DNA of 64,000 bases, from assembly GCF_009914755.1 (NCBI RefSeq), contig NC_060930.1, one strand, 5' to 3'. The notes under the pieces were generated by a model that saw only the letters and a program-made list of their open reading frames with translations, was not told the origin of the DNA and did not search any database. This document shows, in pieces, positions 44,782 through 58,362 of the stretch (position 1 is the stretch's first letter; each line of letters opens with the position of its first letter). The position numbers were made by a program, and so were the translations under genes. The DNA is from the human T2T-CHM13v2.0 reference genome, Homo sapiens.

Positions 44782-46774
44782 GTATGTTTCAGGCTATCGG
44801 ATGATTTTTTAGTGCAAGAACGAACGTTTTAAAAGGTGCCCGAGCAGAGATTACAGACAGCCTCGATTAATGACACAGGATCACTCAGCATTTGAGCTGG
44901 ATGAATTGTCCTTAGTGATCCTTGAATTGTGTCCCTTATTTTACAGATAATGGATTAGAGGCCCAGGAACTCAAAATGACTGCCCAGGGTCACTCAACAA
45001 GTTGTAGGAATTCAAGGACTAGAATCCAGGACTCCTGGCAGCCATTTTGTGTTTTGGGCAATTTTAAAGAAGCAGCAAACCAGTAAAAGTTTTGTTTCTT
45101 ATGAGCAAAGGGCCGGTTAGGAAGACAGCCACCGTGATTGAATGCTGAATTGGCAGTGCATTTGGTTTGCGAGAATGTGGCCCGATCCCTAGGCCAGCGG
45201 CACTTGCTCTTGCAGTTGCCACCTTCATCCTTAAGTTTAGGGCAGAACAGCCGTGAATCTCTGGGCCTGTTCCCAGGAATGGAGGCCAAGACAACTGTTG
45301 GAGGAGGTCTACAGAGTCCCGCCACCCCTCAGAGCCCAGTCAAGCATGAATGGGCTTTTACAATCCGTAGGAGGCTGCAGTGGTCAAGGTCCTTCTAAAG
45401 CACCTGCAAAATCCCAGCAGTGTCCCACCTGTCACTGTGGGTGTTCTTTGGCTTCCTGCCGTTGATAAGAGTTCTCTCCTTTTTGACAAGAGGCCGAACA
45501 AATTGAAACTGTATTTAAATAACAACACTCTTTTTACATAATAGAACACCCAGTTTAAAAAAAAAAAAAAGACTCTTTGCCCGGTTAACTTTTTTCATTG
45601 AAATTACTAACCTTTAAGTGAGCTGTTGTTACTTGCTTCTGGAAGATACAGGAAGAATGGGGTCAGTGAGGAATCTAAAGGAAGGGAGGGAAGCCTTCTG
45701 TGTATGTCTCCTTTTTAACCCAAAGCTGTTCGTTGTCATTCTTTTGACCATTTATTCATTCATTCACTCATTTTCCTGTTTGTTTCTATTCTGATTCTAT
45801 CCAAAAAAAGTTTGACAAAATGTGCAGTAAAGAGCTTATATATTGTACATAAAATATAAGTCAAGTCAGGTTTTAGAGAAGGAGGAAACAGAGATTCCAT
45901 CCACGAATTGTCATATGAAATCTGTGTCAAATATCCAGTTTTACTCTGATCTTTCTAGCAACCAGGATTTAAAAAGGAATACACAATTTCTATTATCAGA
46001 AAGGAAAAAAAAATCCAGGTTCTTCAAGAGACTAAGCGTTGCTATTCTGTGGCACATGCAATTAGCAAACACTTAAGGAAGACTTTCATGCACTTACTAC
46101 AAAGCTGGCTGCCCAGGGCGCATCCTCCCACCCTGTCTCCTATCAGTGTCCTTGCTTGAGGCCCTGGAGCCCCTGAGCAAACATGTTCTTAGTGTTATCA
46201 CAAATGTCTTCTTAGTGTTATCACCTGCTCCCTTTGGATGTGTCAGAACCTGGTTTGGGGTAATGGCTTTAGTTTAGTTGAAACGATGTTGTCTAGAGCA
46301 GTTCCAGGATTTGCAGATAATGAGCCCAGGAGTAGGAATCGGGGAACGTCAGAAATCTCGTGCTACTGCAGCTGCATGTTGTCTACCAGTGTAGCTTTCC
46401 TGCTCTTCAAAGTGCCCTAGACTCCTTATCTGGCCCTTCGCTGCTGTATCAAAGTGCATTTTTGAACAGAAGGTCTGGAGGAAATAGAGTTCTGCAGAAC
46501 ACGCTTTGGGAAATGTTGACTCAGGATTAATAGATGACATGACCACATGTTAATTTTACGCACCTTCTTGGCCCCTGAAAGTGAGGAATGGACTTTGCAG
46601 TTGCATGGACATATAGAGCACAGGATTTAATACTATACACACTCAAGGGGAACACAATTGAGATCCTGCTCCGGAGCTCCCAAGCCCCATTCCAAAGTTC
46701 TACCAGGCATTTACATTTGTTCCAGAAGAAGGAAGAATCAATGTTAAGATCCCCATGGCTTTACATGTCTGTGA

Positions 46775-47085
<311 letters not shown>

Positions 47086-47705
47086 TGAAAGCTGATTATT
47101 CTTAACTGCCTTCTCCATCCTCCTAAGACCTGGGGATTGTCAGCTAATATATAAGAACTCTCTAGAATTAGTGAGAACGCAGGGGAAAGAGTTATAGAAA
47201 TATGATGTGTTGGGCTTTTGTAATAGATGGAGTGAGAGAGAAAACACTAGAAAATAGTTCATTTTCCTGGAATGCAAATGGGTTACCCAGAATATTTACT
47301 GATGTTTATGTGTTTTTTTCTTTAATGTAAGCATACATATCTTCTTCATACACTGCATATCCATAGAATTATATGTTTTAGAATGCAACATTTCTAGCTT
47401 CAGCGTGAGAAGCAGGCTTTATGCTCTCTAGTTGCTATGTAATAATATGCCTGGACGCCAGGCCAAAGGTGGCCATTTGAAAGACCAGGGATGGCGGTTG
47501 GACTTCAGATCATGGGCTGCAGCCATTTGCTCTTGTCATAGCTGTGTTGATTCCACTCAGATCATGTGTTTTTTTTAAGCAACTAAGAAAACGAGTTTGA
47601 GCCCTCATGTGAGGAGAATAAATGTGCTCAATTCTACTTGGAATGTTTTTCATAATTATCTTAAGGAATGACTTGATTCTTACTTGTGCTTGTTCTTTTT
47701 AAAAG

Positions 47706-47786
47706 TATTAGAAAGGAAGATATCCACACGACAAAGTAGAGAGGAGCTGATAAGAAGGGGAGTGCTTAAGGAATTGCCTGATCAAG
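47706..47786 (+). CDS. PHACTR2: PHACTR2 coding exon (81 nt, phase 1-1) encoding the N-terminal RPEL (G-actin-binding) motif
   Basis: TTGTTCTTTTTAAAAG acceptor ending 47705; AAG|GTGAGG donor at 47787. Encodes (V)LERKISTRQSREELIRRGVLKELPDQ in frame with the previous exon. Too short for the ORF track. Confidence 0.96.
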
Positions 47787-48429
47787 GTGAGGAAATTAAT
47801 CATACATTTTAAATATTTTGGTCCTTCATTCTTTGGTTTTTCTTTTGTTTTCTTTTGAAATTTAAAGGGATCATGGTCTTTGTAAGGTAAAGCGGTGATT
47901 ACTGCATTCCAAGCGCCGTGCTTCCATTGGTAATGCCTTTGTGAGCTGCAGAGAATCTGAAATATTATAGAATTCTAGTGACTTTCCTGGTGAATCCATC
48001 ACCATATGTCATTCTAAACCTAAAACTCTGCAAAGGTACATCCGAGGGCAATACAGATGAGATACAAATGCTTACGGCTCCTTCTCTTCTCTATTCTTGA
48101 GCTTCAGTCTTTCTATTCACATGAAACTCATGTGTTTGAGTAAATGCAAAGTTTTAGCTTGGTTCATGCTATTTTGTTTCTTAAGACTACCAATAAAAGA
48201 GAAGAGAGAAGGCACACATACCTCTTGTCCTTTGCACTCTATAATAACACTGAAATGTACAATCAATAAAGCATGAATAGGCAAACTAAACTAACCTGCT
48301 TTCTGCTTTCTCTCATGTAATTTTGCAGTACTGTTCTCTTTTCATTTCTCTGAATCTTTCCCTAGCAATGATTATTTCTAATTTTTTCCCCTATCTCTGA
48401 TCTTCTCTTTTTTTCTCTATCCTCCCGAG

Positions 48430-48471
48430 GAGGAACTTTGTTCAGAAAAGACAAGGATCAGATAGAAACTG
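48430..48471 (+). CDS. Candidate 42-nt cassette exon (GGTLFRKDKDQIET)
   Basis: Long pyrimidine tract 48380-48426, GAG acceptor, purine-rich body open in phase 1, CTG|GTACTG donor; length divisible by 3. No transcript evidence available here. Confidence 0.45.
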
Positions 48472-50510
48472 GTACTGACCCTCAAAAGAAGACGCTAACA
48501 TTGGTTATTTCTCCAAATAAATAATACCTAATGATTTTCATCGCTTCCACTATTAAATTTAAAATTAAAGGACATTTTGTTGCAATTTTGTTGATTAAGC
48601 TCATGCCTCCCTTCCCCTCACATTTACTGTAATAATAAAGTATTATTATTGTACTTTTATGGGAACAAATAAAATGCTATTAATTTAGAATTGAAATTGA
48701 AATTGAAATAATAATACAGCTGTTTTCCTGATATATGTTCCTTGCAAAGGACTTAACATTTTTTGGCATTCACTATTTGTAAATCAAAATGACATGCTTT
48801 TTTCCAGCATCTGAATAATTCCAGAGTGGAGCTGAGAAATGCTTTCCTGTTTTTCTCCTGATTCAAAGAAAGTAGGGAACTCTGCAGTGAATAGTAGCAT
48901 TTTCTTAAGCCCTCGCAATTTTAGGTATTTTACTTCAATTTCTGACCTGTCAAACTTTTCTTACTCTACTTTATGAATGAATTTTATGTTTTCCCTGTTT
49001 TTCTATTATTTTGAAGCTATTTATTTCCTGTTTGAGACTTTTAAGAGTTAAAAATGCACATTTCTAACTTTTTAAACTTAAAGGTAGGCTTGCAATATCA
49101 AAATTAATCCCCTGTCCAATGTCTCTGAAGGCAATAGAGAAATAATATACCCATTGAAAGCTTAACACTGGGCCATCAGCTTTATGGGATGGGCCAATGC
49201 ATTTATTAGACATCGTTTATTTAGAAATATTTTAAAGAAAGTACAAAATGGAAAATTTTATGATTGAAACTGTTAATGGGTTTAAATGTGAAGATTAAAA
49301 GCCCATCTTTTTTTCCTAATTAAAATTTGTAGGTAGAAAAAGAATTTGCTCTGTCTGAAAACCAAGTAGCAATAGTCAATTTAAAGAAATGATTTTTATT
49401 CTGCCGAATCTGTGAAACTATTTGCCTCATAGATTATAATTTCTTGGGCCAACATATACTTCTCAGAAATCTGACTCTCTGATCTTTTTATTTAACTTTT
49501 CCAGTGGAAACTAAAAGTTTTAAAACATAAAAGAACAAAACAATTTTTTAACCTAAGCATAATATAATAATAGGCTTAATGTTTGAGAAGTCATAAAATA
49601 CTAGATTTTACTTTCCAGCTTTTCCATGGTCCCTATCTAGAACCGTAGAAATTATCTAATGGTTGAAGGTTCCTGAGGATGTCAGTAGTAAATGGAGTCC
49701 TTCCCCTTTTCAGCTGAGGGCTGGAGAAAATAGTTTTCTGTGATTTTCCCAAAAGCAATTATCTGGAGAATTTCAGTCTGAGAGACTAGAAGCTGCTGTT
49801 CTTGGTAACAACCTCCTTTCTGCTGCCAGTGAAGATTCATTGTTTGCCTTGATCTTCTTGACCTTGCGTCTGCTCTTGACAGTGCCTGTCCATCAAGCCC
49901 TTTATTCAGTGAGCCAGATAGACTTTAAAAATCCCTCTAGCTACCCTGAGTCTGACCCCATCCCACCATATCCCATACTCTCCCGGCTATTGTTATTTTT
50001 CCTTTTAGGTTCTCTTATTTACATCCAGACATACCTTCAACCTAAAAGTTCAGTGATTCGTCTTCTCTCCTGGGAAGTCTATGATCTAGTCCAAGTTTGC
50101 TGCTTACCTCTGCTTTTTTCCCTCCATCTTTTCCCTTAGCTTTTGACATGAGGTTGTGGAGGTGGTTTTGCCTGTGTGCCATCCTTTCCTTTTCTCCCAC
50201 TGTGGACTTTTGTCACTTGCCTTTTGGTCATACATGATTTTCTCTTTCTATCTGTCCCTCCTTTAACTATGATATATCCCCAATACACCTGTTTACTAGA
50301 AGGAGGTGACCCCCTTCAAACACCCTCGTGTTCCTTATTTAACCACTTGTTCCTGTTTGTGCTTTATCTCTGTTTTCTTTAAGCTGACAACTACGTTTTG
50401 AGTTTTCTCTTTCCTTTGCTCTCGTGAGATGTGTTGACTTGGGCCGCTTATTGTCACCTGCCATCCAGCTCAGCATCTTCTTGCCTTCCTTTGCTCTGCT
50501 TGTATTTTAC

Positions 50511-50512
<2 letters not shown>

Positions 50513-50546
<34 letters not shown>
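50513..50546. repeat. (CA)n microsatellite
   Basis: Direct reading, ~17 uninterrupted units. Confidence 0.95.
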
Positions 50547-50548
<2 letters not shown>

Positions 50549-52474
50549 TATCAAGGATTTAACTTATTTTAATTCTAAAACAACTTCCTTAACACTCAAT
50601 ACTAGAAAGCCTTTTCAATATACACACCAGCTAATTAATAACTTTACTTCCCCTCTGTTTTGTTCTTGAATTCCATATTTATCACAAATGTGTCTCTTTT
50701 TTCTACAATTATTTTCATACTAACTAGCTTTATTTCATGCCTCAAAGTAAGTATTTTCCACATTGTTGACTATTTCTCTCTATCATAGGATAAGACACTT
50801 TCTTCTTGTGTCACAGCTATTAAAATTTCCAGGTTTTTCTAAATTTAATAAATCAGTTATTTAACTAAAGAATTTTAATATAATAATGCTTAAAATAGAA
50901 TTAAATTGTCATTGACATGACTTCAATATACTTTTATTATCAACTAACTAAAGTCAAAGAAAACAAAGATAAATTTATATTTGAGTTACCTAAAAACTGA
51001 AGATTTTTATACATAAGCAAGTGGTTTTCTATTTTGTTTGGAATTTTCCATTCTTCATTTTTATTTTATCTGGATATATTGTGTTCTCCTCCTTTTTATA
51101 GCTAATTTCTTGGGATTTAATAATAGGATTTAAGAATCATTTGGGTTCTCTTTGTTTTGATGTATAGTCTTTTAAAAATTCTTACTTTAATTTTATTAAA
51201 ATAGTTGAGATTTACTTGTAATGGCATTGCCTTCAATTATTGTTTATTTTAGTTTTACACGGGACTTAGTTATAGGTTATTGGGAGTTATATGACTAAGC
51301 AACGATTGCTTTTTCATTCTAAAAATGACATAATTTCATGATATGTAGTTGATTTATTAAAATGTCATGTCTGTTTGTTCAGAAGGCAAATGGATTTTAT
51401 TGTTAAGCCAAAGCAATTCAATCCTATTTAATGACAATTTGGGAAATGGTTTCTGTTTTATAATGATTGCCAAGATAAGAGTAGTAAAAAATTGAAAGAG
51501 CTGTAATCAAGCAGATTTTTAAGTTTGCTCAAACCTTCCATTTGTTAATTTTTCTTTTACAATGCTAGCAAAGCCTCTTAAAATTTTCCAGATATAAAGT
51601 AGGGTTAATCTTTTCAAGAATCACTGAATTAAATGTTTCTGCAAAGTCTCTTTCACTTTAGAAACCCCCAGGAATTATGGAAATACAGGAGTTAAAATTA
51701 GTAATTTATGATTTAGATCTCTCAACATTGTATCCATTATGGTTTTTTAAAATTCCTTTGTGATTACTTTTTTATGTGTGTTTTTTTTTTCTCGAATGTT
51801 TTCAAATTATTTTTAGGACAACTTAGGGACTTTTTGGCTAGTTATATATAATAATTACCTGAGTATACTTTAATCTTTCCATAAACAAATAAAAATAAAA
51901 ATAGCCTTGCTATCATGTTTTCCCTGAACATAGAGTAGCAGTTATATTACTGTGTGAAGTTAGCACATCATATACTTAATATATTCTGGAACCAGTAGTA
52001 CTTGGAAATTTTCATATTCTCCCACTTATTGTTTGTATGTGTAATTACATTTCATGTTATTTGTGTATTTGCATTCACCTTGTGTTTTTGGTGCTTGTAA
52101 AATGTTTATTCCATTTTCCAGATTATTCCTCTCGCCATTCTGTTTCTGAATGACAAAGAAACACATAACTATTGACTTCAGACAAACCTAAGCACATGAA
52201 CGAGGGACTCTGCTGCCCTGGGATATTGGATAATTAGGATGATCATTCCTGTTGTCTTGAAATGGCGCATAGATATTCCCTCCATAGCAGCTTTTCCCCA
52301 AGACAGAGGATTTTCTAGCTCTTTTGTTTTGAATAAACCGGTGAAACAGTGCAGGGTGTATTTGGTTCCCAGGGACTGAAACATGAATCTAAATTTTACA
52401 ATCCTAGTAACTGGAAAACTTGTTTTTAAGAAAGCCAGCAAGTTAGACATCTAGGTGTTTCTTTCCCATTTTAG

Positions 52475-52633
52475 ATGGAGATGTAACAGTTAACTTTGAA
52501 AATTCAAACGGGCACATGATACCCATCGGAGAGGAATCTACCCGAGAGGAAAATGTAGTAAAGTCTGAAGAAGGTAATGGCTCTGTATCTGAAAAAACAC
52601 CACCTCTGGAGGAACAGGCAGAAGATAAGAAAG
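52475..52633 (+). CDS. PHACTR2: PHACTR2 coding exon (159 nt, phase 1-1), acidic linker
   Basis: TTTCTTTCCCATTTTAG acceptor ending 52474; AAG|GTAAAA donor at 52634. Encodes (D)GDVTVNFENSNGHMIPIGEESTREENVVKSEEGNGSVSEKTPPLEEQAEDKK. Confidence 0.95.
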
Positions 52634-55134
52634 GTAAAATAAAGACAAACCCATATTATTTACTTTAGTATATAGCTCAATGTCTAGAACCAGCACTTAG
52701 GCTCCAACTAGTGACTCTAAAACCAGCAGTCTGCAGAGGAGAGGTTTACAAATAGAAAAAAGAAAGAAATGATAACTAGTAAAGTGAAATCGGATGATTT
52801 TCTCAGGTAGATGCATCCATTTTATAAGCACAGTATTTGTTTTTTCAATTATTAAAAATGTTAATTAAAAGTAATAATCAGAAGGGGTGGCCTCTTTAAT
52901 CATTAGAGATGTCTGGGAAGATTATCCTTTCTTAGGAGCTTTGTCTCAGGATCATAATGAAAGTGAGAAATCTGAACATCTTTCTCTGCTGGTTACAATT
53001 GGACCCGTGAGCAGTTCAGCATGGAGGAATATCAAAACCCACATGGCTTGTTCAGCCCAGCACTGTCTCCAGCAGTGGGAACTTGGCAGGTGGCATCCAC
53101 ATATCCAGCATCATAGGTTCCAGACGTTTCTGAGAGAGACCCAGGAATAGCTCCCAGAGATGCCACGGACTGTGGTTGCTCTGCTGGCTGATTCCCACAG
53201 CCTCTGTGCAATTGGAAACTTCAAAATGTGCCAGAGGCGATTATGCTATTCCCAGAAGACTTCTTTAGAGACCTTGGTTCCTAGAGTGAATATGCTACAG
53301 TAGATTGAGATACCTGCAAAATACATGTCTATCAGGGACTCCCAGAACATTCACAAATTCCTAGTTATGGATTGATGACATCTCGATACCACTGCTGTGA
53401 TGCGTAGGAACCTCCAAACATGAAATGAAACTTCTAAAAGGAAAGGTTTTGTGGGGAGATTCTAGATGCCTCCATGCAGCATAGAAAGGAATCTTTAGGA
53501 AATATACTATTTCCTATTTTATAATGTCTGTCTCTAAGTTGAATGGTAAAATTTTGTCAAACCTAGTGTGTGTTCTGTGGGCATTTTGAACTCTTAGAAA
53601 CTGATGAAAGTGAATTCTCTTCCTCTGTTCTTGACCCAGATCCTTGAGAGCGAAAGGGAAAAAAGATTATTTGATGGCCCTATTAAACACACCATTGTAA
53701 CTTAAAATCATCCTCTGTGGAAGTTCATAACCGTTCATTATTTGCATATATATTAGCCTTTAAAAGTTTTAGAAGCCTGTGTAAATAATCTGTTGGAAAT
53801 GTATTATTTTGCTTTATTTCAAGGGCTTTATCTAGCCTTGTTCCATTGAAGGACTCTGGTTAAGCTTATGTACACAAATTATGAAATTAACTAATACTTT
53901 CAATGATAATATTCCTGGAACATAAAAAGAAAGTAGACTTAAATAAATTTTAGTGGGATTCAGTTGAAAGTATTAACGCAAGTAGTGATGTTTTTTGTTT
54001 AAGTCTTTCTGTCCTGTCTCGCCAGACTGTTGAATTTCAAATCCATCTGTGGTTTGTCCCTGGCAGCCTTCTCACATCCAAGAATCGCATCCTGCATTAC
54101 GTAACAGTGCCATCTCTGGTGCCTGGTCCGTGCAGGGTATTCGTCACTGGACTGGCCAGACATCAAAGGAAGTGTTTCCCTTATCAACATAATAAAAAGT
54201 TCCTGACAGTTTTATATGAATTAACCAACAGACCTTGATGTTCTTGAAAGAAGATAGCAGACCTTATGGGTCCATGAATAGTTGAGAGATGTTTTTCTTT
54301 GCTTAGAATTAGTACATTCAATTCTTCCTTATCTGATAAGGTCCAAGAGAGCCTGTTGCTTGGCTAGTAGGTACATGAGGAAGGAGCTGGGAGTGCTGGA
54401 TGCTGACATACCACTAAAGAGGCAGTGCGGCTGTCTCCTGTGTGGAAAGTGCACACACCAAAGCCACAAGGAGAAGCGCTAGGTATAGAAGCCACTTCGT
54501 GAGACTGAAAAGAATGTCACGCATAACTAATATTACAGTGTATTATGTTAATTAGAAAATGCCTTATGACAAAGGTAACAATTTATTTCTCTAGAAAAAC
54601 ATTTTTCATTCTGAAGACCAACTCAAGCTTCACTTTTGCCTCTGCTCCTCTTCTGGTCTCACTGCTTGTGTGAGCTCACTGCCGTGCAAACCCCACCATC
54701 CCATGATCTTAATTCACCCTTTATTTTGGGATACAGTGCTCCCTTTCCTCCTGCATGAAGCCAACTTATTCAAGAGCATTCTGTCATCTATTTGGTTATA
54801 TTTGCCAAACCATATCATCTGCCTTTAGAGCCCTAGATGTGTATTATATCTCTTCATAAGACAATATCTCAATACTTTAATATTTGAAACATCACCGTCA
54901 AAGAAAGCAAAACAAATGGCACGTGGTGTCCTTCACACTTGCTCTGTGAGTAGATTCCACCCAGGCCCCCTGGGCATTTCTGGGGCTCCTGAAGGCACCT
55001 GATTCTGCAGTTGGTACAGTGGTCTTGGGCCTCCTCTGCCTAATACTAGAGACTTCTTCCTTAAGGTCTTTGGGGCTCTTGGTCTCCCATTATTCTTTCT
55101 CAGTAAGTGCCTTTATATATATAAGAGCAGAAAA

Positions 55135-55473
<339 letters not shown>

Positions 55474-55498
55474 TTAGTATTAAATATAAGAAATCTTA

Positions 55499-55770
55499 TG
55501 GCTCACGCCTGTAATCTCAGCACTTTGAGAGGCCAAGGCGGGCAGATCAGCTGAGGTCAGGAGTTCGATACCAGCCTGGCCAACAGGGCAAAGCCCCATC
55601 TCTACTAAAAATACAAAAATAGCTGGGTGTGGTGGTGGGCACCTGTAATCCCAGCTACTGGGAAGCTGAGGCAGGGAGAATTGCTTGAACCTGGGAGGTG
55701 GAGGTTGTAGTGAGCTGAGTTCAGGCACCATTGCACTCCAGCCTGGGTGACAGCCAGTCTCAAAAAAAGA
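55499..55770 (+). mobile_element. Alu (AluSx-type)
   Basis: Dimer missing the first ~12 nt. Confidence 0.9.
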
Positions 55771-56656
55771 AAATAATAATAATTTTAAATAATAAGATTT
55801 TATAAGAATTCTAAGAAATCTTGCTTGACATTATTTTTATTAAGTTATTATTTTAAAATCTTCAATGAAATAACAAGTGATGAACACTTATTTGTTCCAC
55901 AAATAATGAAAGTCTACCATAGGTGAGACTCTACTAGGGGCCAGGAAAAGAGTAGTAAATGAAAAATGGCCTTTGCCTTAAGAGCATGACCTGTGAGGAG
56001 ACCAGAATGCAAACGGGCAATTGTAGTGCAAGATGCGAAGTACCGTAGAAGGCCTGAGCACAGCAACCCAAGGGAGCTCACAGTGAGGGCCAACATTGGT
56101 TCTCAGAGGAAGATATTTATGAACTAAGACATGAAGGAAACAAGAAGGAGGTCATCAAGTGAAGCAGAGGAATTGGGTAAGAATTGCATTCTAGGCAGGG
56201 TGAGGACCACATGCAGCCCCAGGCTTGTTCTAAGTATCGTTGACCTCAAACCTTCCAGGGCTCAAAGGAGCCAAGCCTGGAAGTATGGGAAACAGCTTGT
56301 TTTCCAGACCGCATTGCTGGAAAGGCTAGCGTCCTTATCAAGCCAGAATGACGAGGCAGCCCTTTCTCAACCTTCTCTTGAAGTGATAATACTCCTATAT
56401 GCCATCAGTTTATATCATGTCTTCAGATCACATGGTAAGTGTAAAATATACAACTTGACATAATTCATTACCTCCCAGCTCCAACTAAAGCTCTGTTTTC
56501 TACTGATGTGTGTGTCAATAACTATTAGACAGTCAGTCCCATTCGTTGAATAGACATAGTGTTTACAGCATTGTGTTCGATGGAATTTTAAATTTCAGAC
56601 AAAAGGAGTTTATAATTCAGTCAAAAAATTATACTATTTGCATACTCATATGTCCC

Positions 56657-56712
56657 TGCGTGTGTGTGCATGCACACGTGCGCGCGCACACACACACACA
56701 CACACACACATA
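56657..56712. repeat. Compound alternating purine/pyrimidine tract (TG/CG/CA)
   Basis: tgcgtgtgtgtgcatgcacacgtgcgcgcg(ca)n ta. Confidence 0.92.
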
Positions 56713-58092
56713 ACTTAAGAATTACCAGAATGACAAATGTTCACACATAGTTGGTAGCGTTCGAAGAGTCAAGAGGAGCGGACGTATTCTCTAAGGAGCC
56801 AGGAGAAAGTCTGTTTGCAGTGTGTTCATTTTCTCCCTAGTAGGTCTTGTCATTGCCAACCAATCTGGTGAACTATCTCCTCCTTCCCAAACCCAGAAGC
56901 TGGATTCTTTCCGGTATACCTTTAGAATTTTAAGCCTTAGGCAGAAAGGAAAAACATCCCTCAGTGACATGCTATTAAGGGAGAGGATAAAACATGTGTA
57001 GAGTTTGTGGTATATAAGAGAATTAAGGTGACATGTGTTACAGATCAGTTTGACTTTCACTATGGATGACACTATTGGGCTTAGTCTCCATACTTCATGG
57101 TATTATACTGGGGGCTAAAGTTACAAAGATGTATTTAAAGAATAGACTTCAACCATATGTCAGAAGACTGGGAAATTAATGTATATTTATATATTTTAAG
57201 TTAAAATTAAATTTTATAGGTGTGTATCAACTTGTATCATTCTCAAACCTAACTGACTTTTGTGATTTACTTGCCTGGTTAAGACTGGCTGAGTTAAGAG
57301 GGCCATTACTATTAGTATACATGATACTCAGCTTAGTTGAGGAGACAAGATATATAAACAGAAAGGCAAAAATACAAAATAGCTTCTGATAAATGTTGAG
57401 TAAGTGGCTCACACAATAAGCCCAAGTAAGTTCAGAGATAGAAGGGTCAACTTGGGCCACAGTGACAGAAGAGGATTTTGTGGCTGAGGCAGGATCAAAG
57501 GTGAACTTTAAAAGTAAAGCTTTATTGATTACCTATTGTAACTGAAGTCATCTATGCTAATTATATATGTGGATTGATGGGGAATGTGGTTAAAAGAGAA
57601 TTCTATACTTCACACTCATTAGGATAAGAAACAAAATAATATAAATAATAATAAAATGCAGTATATTCCAATATTAAAACCCTTTCTAGAGCATTCAATT
57701 ATGGGAGCCTTGGTTAAGGCTCGATCTTGTCTTAACACTGTCTCAAGGTTTTTATTGTGCCCCATTTTTAAAGAAATGCTGCTTAGCTTTTTGGACTAGA
57801 ATGGTATTTTAGTTTAATTCTCATCAGCCACTATTAGAAAGAATACAGATGTGAATATATGAATGAACTTTCAGCATCTCATCTGTCTTTCAGTAACAAG
57901 AGACTAATACTCTTTCTCCTCCGGTTACACAAAACCTTGTGAGAAGCTGCTATTCTTAGGTATGAGTTTTGGATGAATTTTAGCCTTTGTCTTTCCAAAA
58001 TAATTATTTGGTTTACATTACAAAATAGACCTAAGTATTTCTTCGATTCGGCACCATCTAGATGTACCTATAGTTGTGACAGTATTTGAAAA

Positions 58093-58362
58093 GGCCAGGC
58101 ATGGTGGCTCATGCCTGTAATCCCGGCACTTTGGGAGGCCAAGGCAGGCAAATTGCTTGAGCCCAGGAGTTCAAGACCAGCCTGGGCAATGTGGCAAAAC
58201 CCCATCTCTACAAAACATTCAAAAATTAGCTGGGCGTGGTGGCAAACACCTGTGGTCTCAGCTACACAGGAGGCTGAGGTTAGAGGCTGCAGTGAGCCGT
58301 GATCATACCACTGCACTCTAGCCTGAGTGAGAGAGCGAGACCCTATCTGAAAAAAAAAAAAA
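58093..58362 (+). mobile_element. Alu (AluJ-type) with a right-arm deletion
   Basis: ggaggctgagg joined to ttagaggctgcagtgagcc. Confidence 0.88.

Noticed and set aside
48192-48270. Two AATAAA hexamers as intronic polyadenylation signals
   Set aside because: AATAAA is frequent in this AT-rich intron and cannot be distinguished from chance without 3'-end data.
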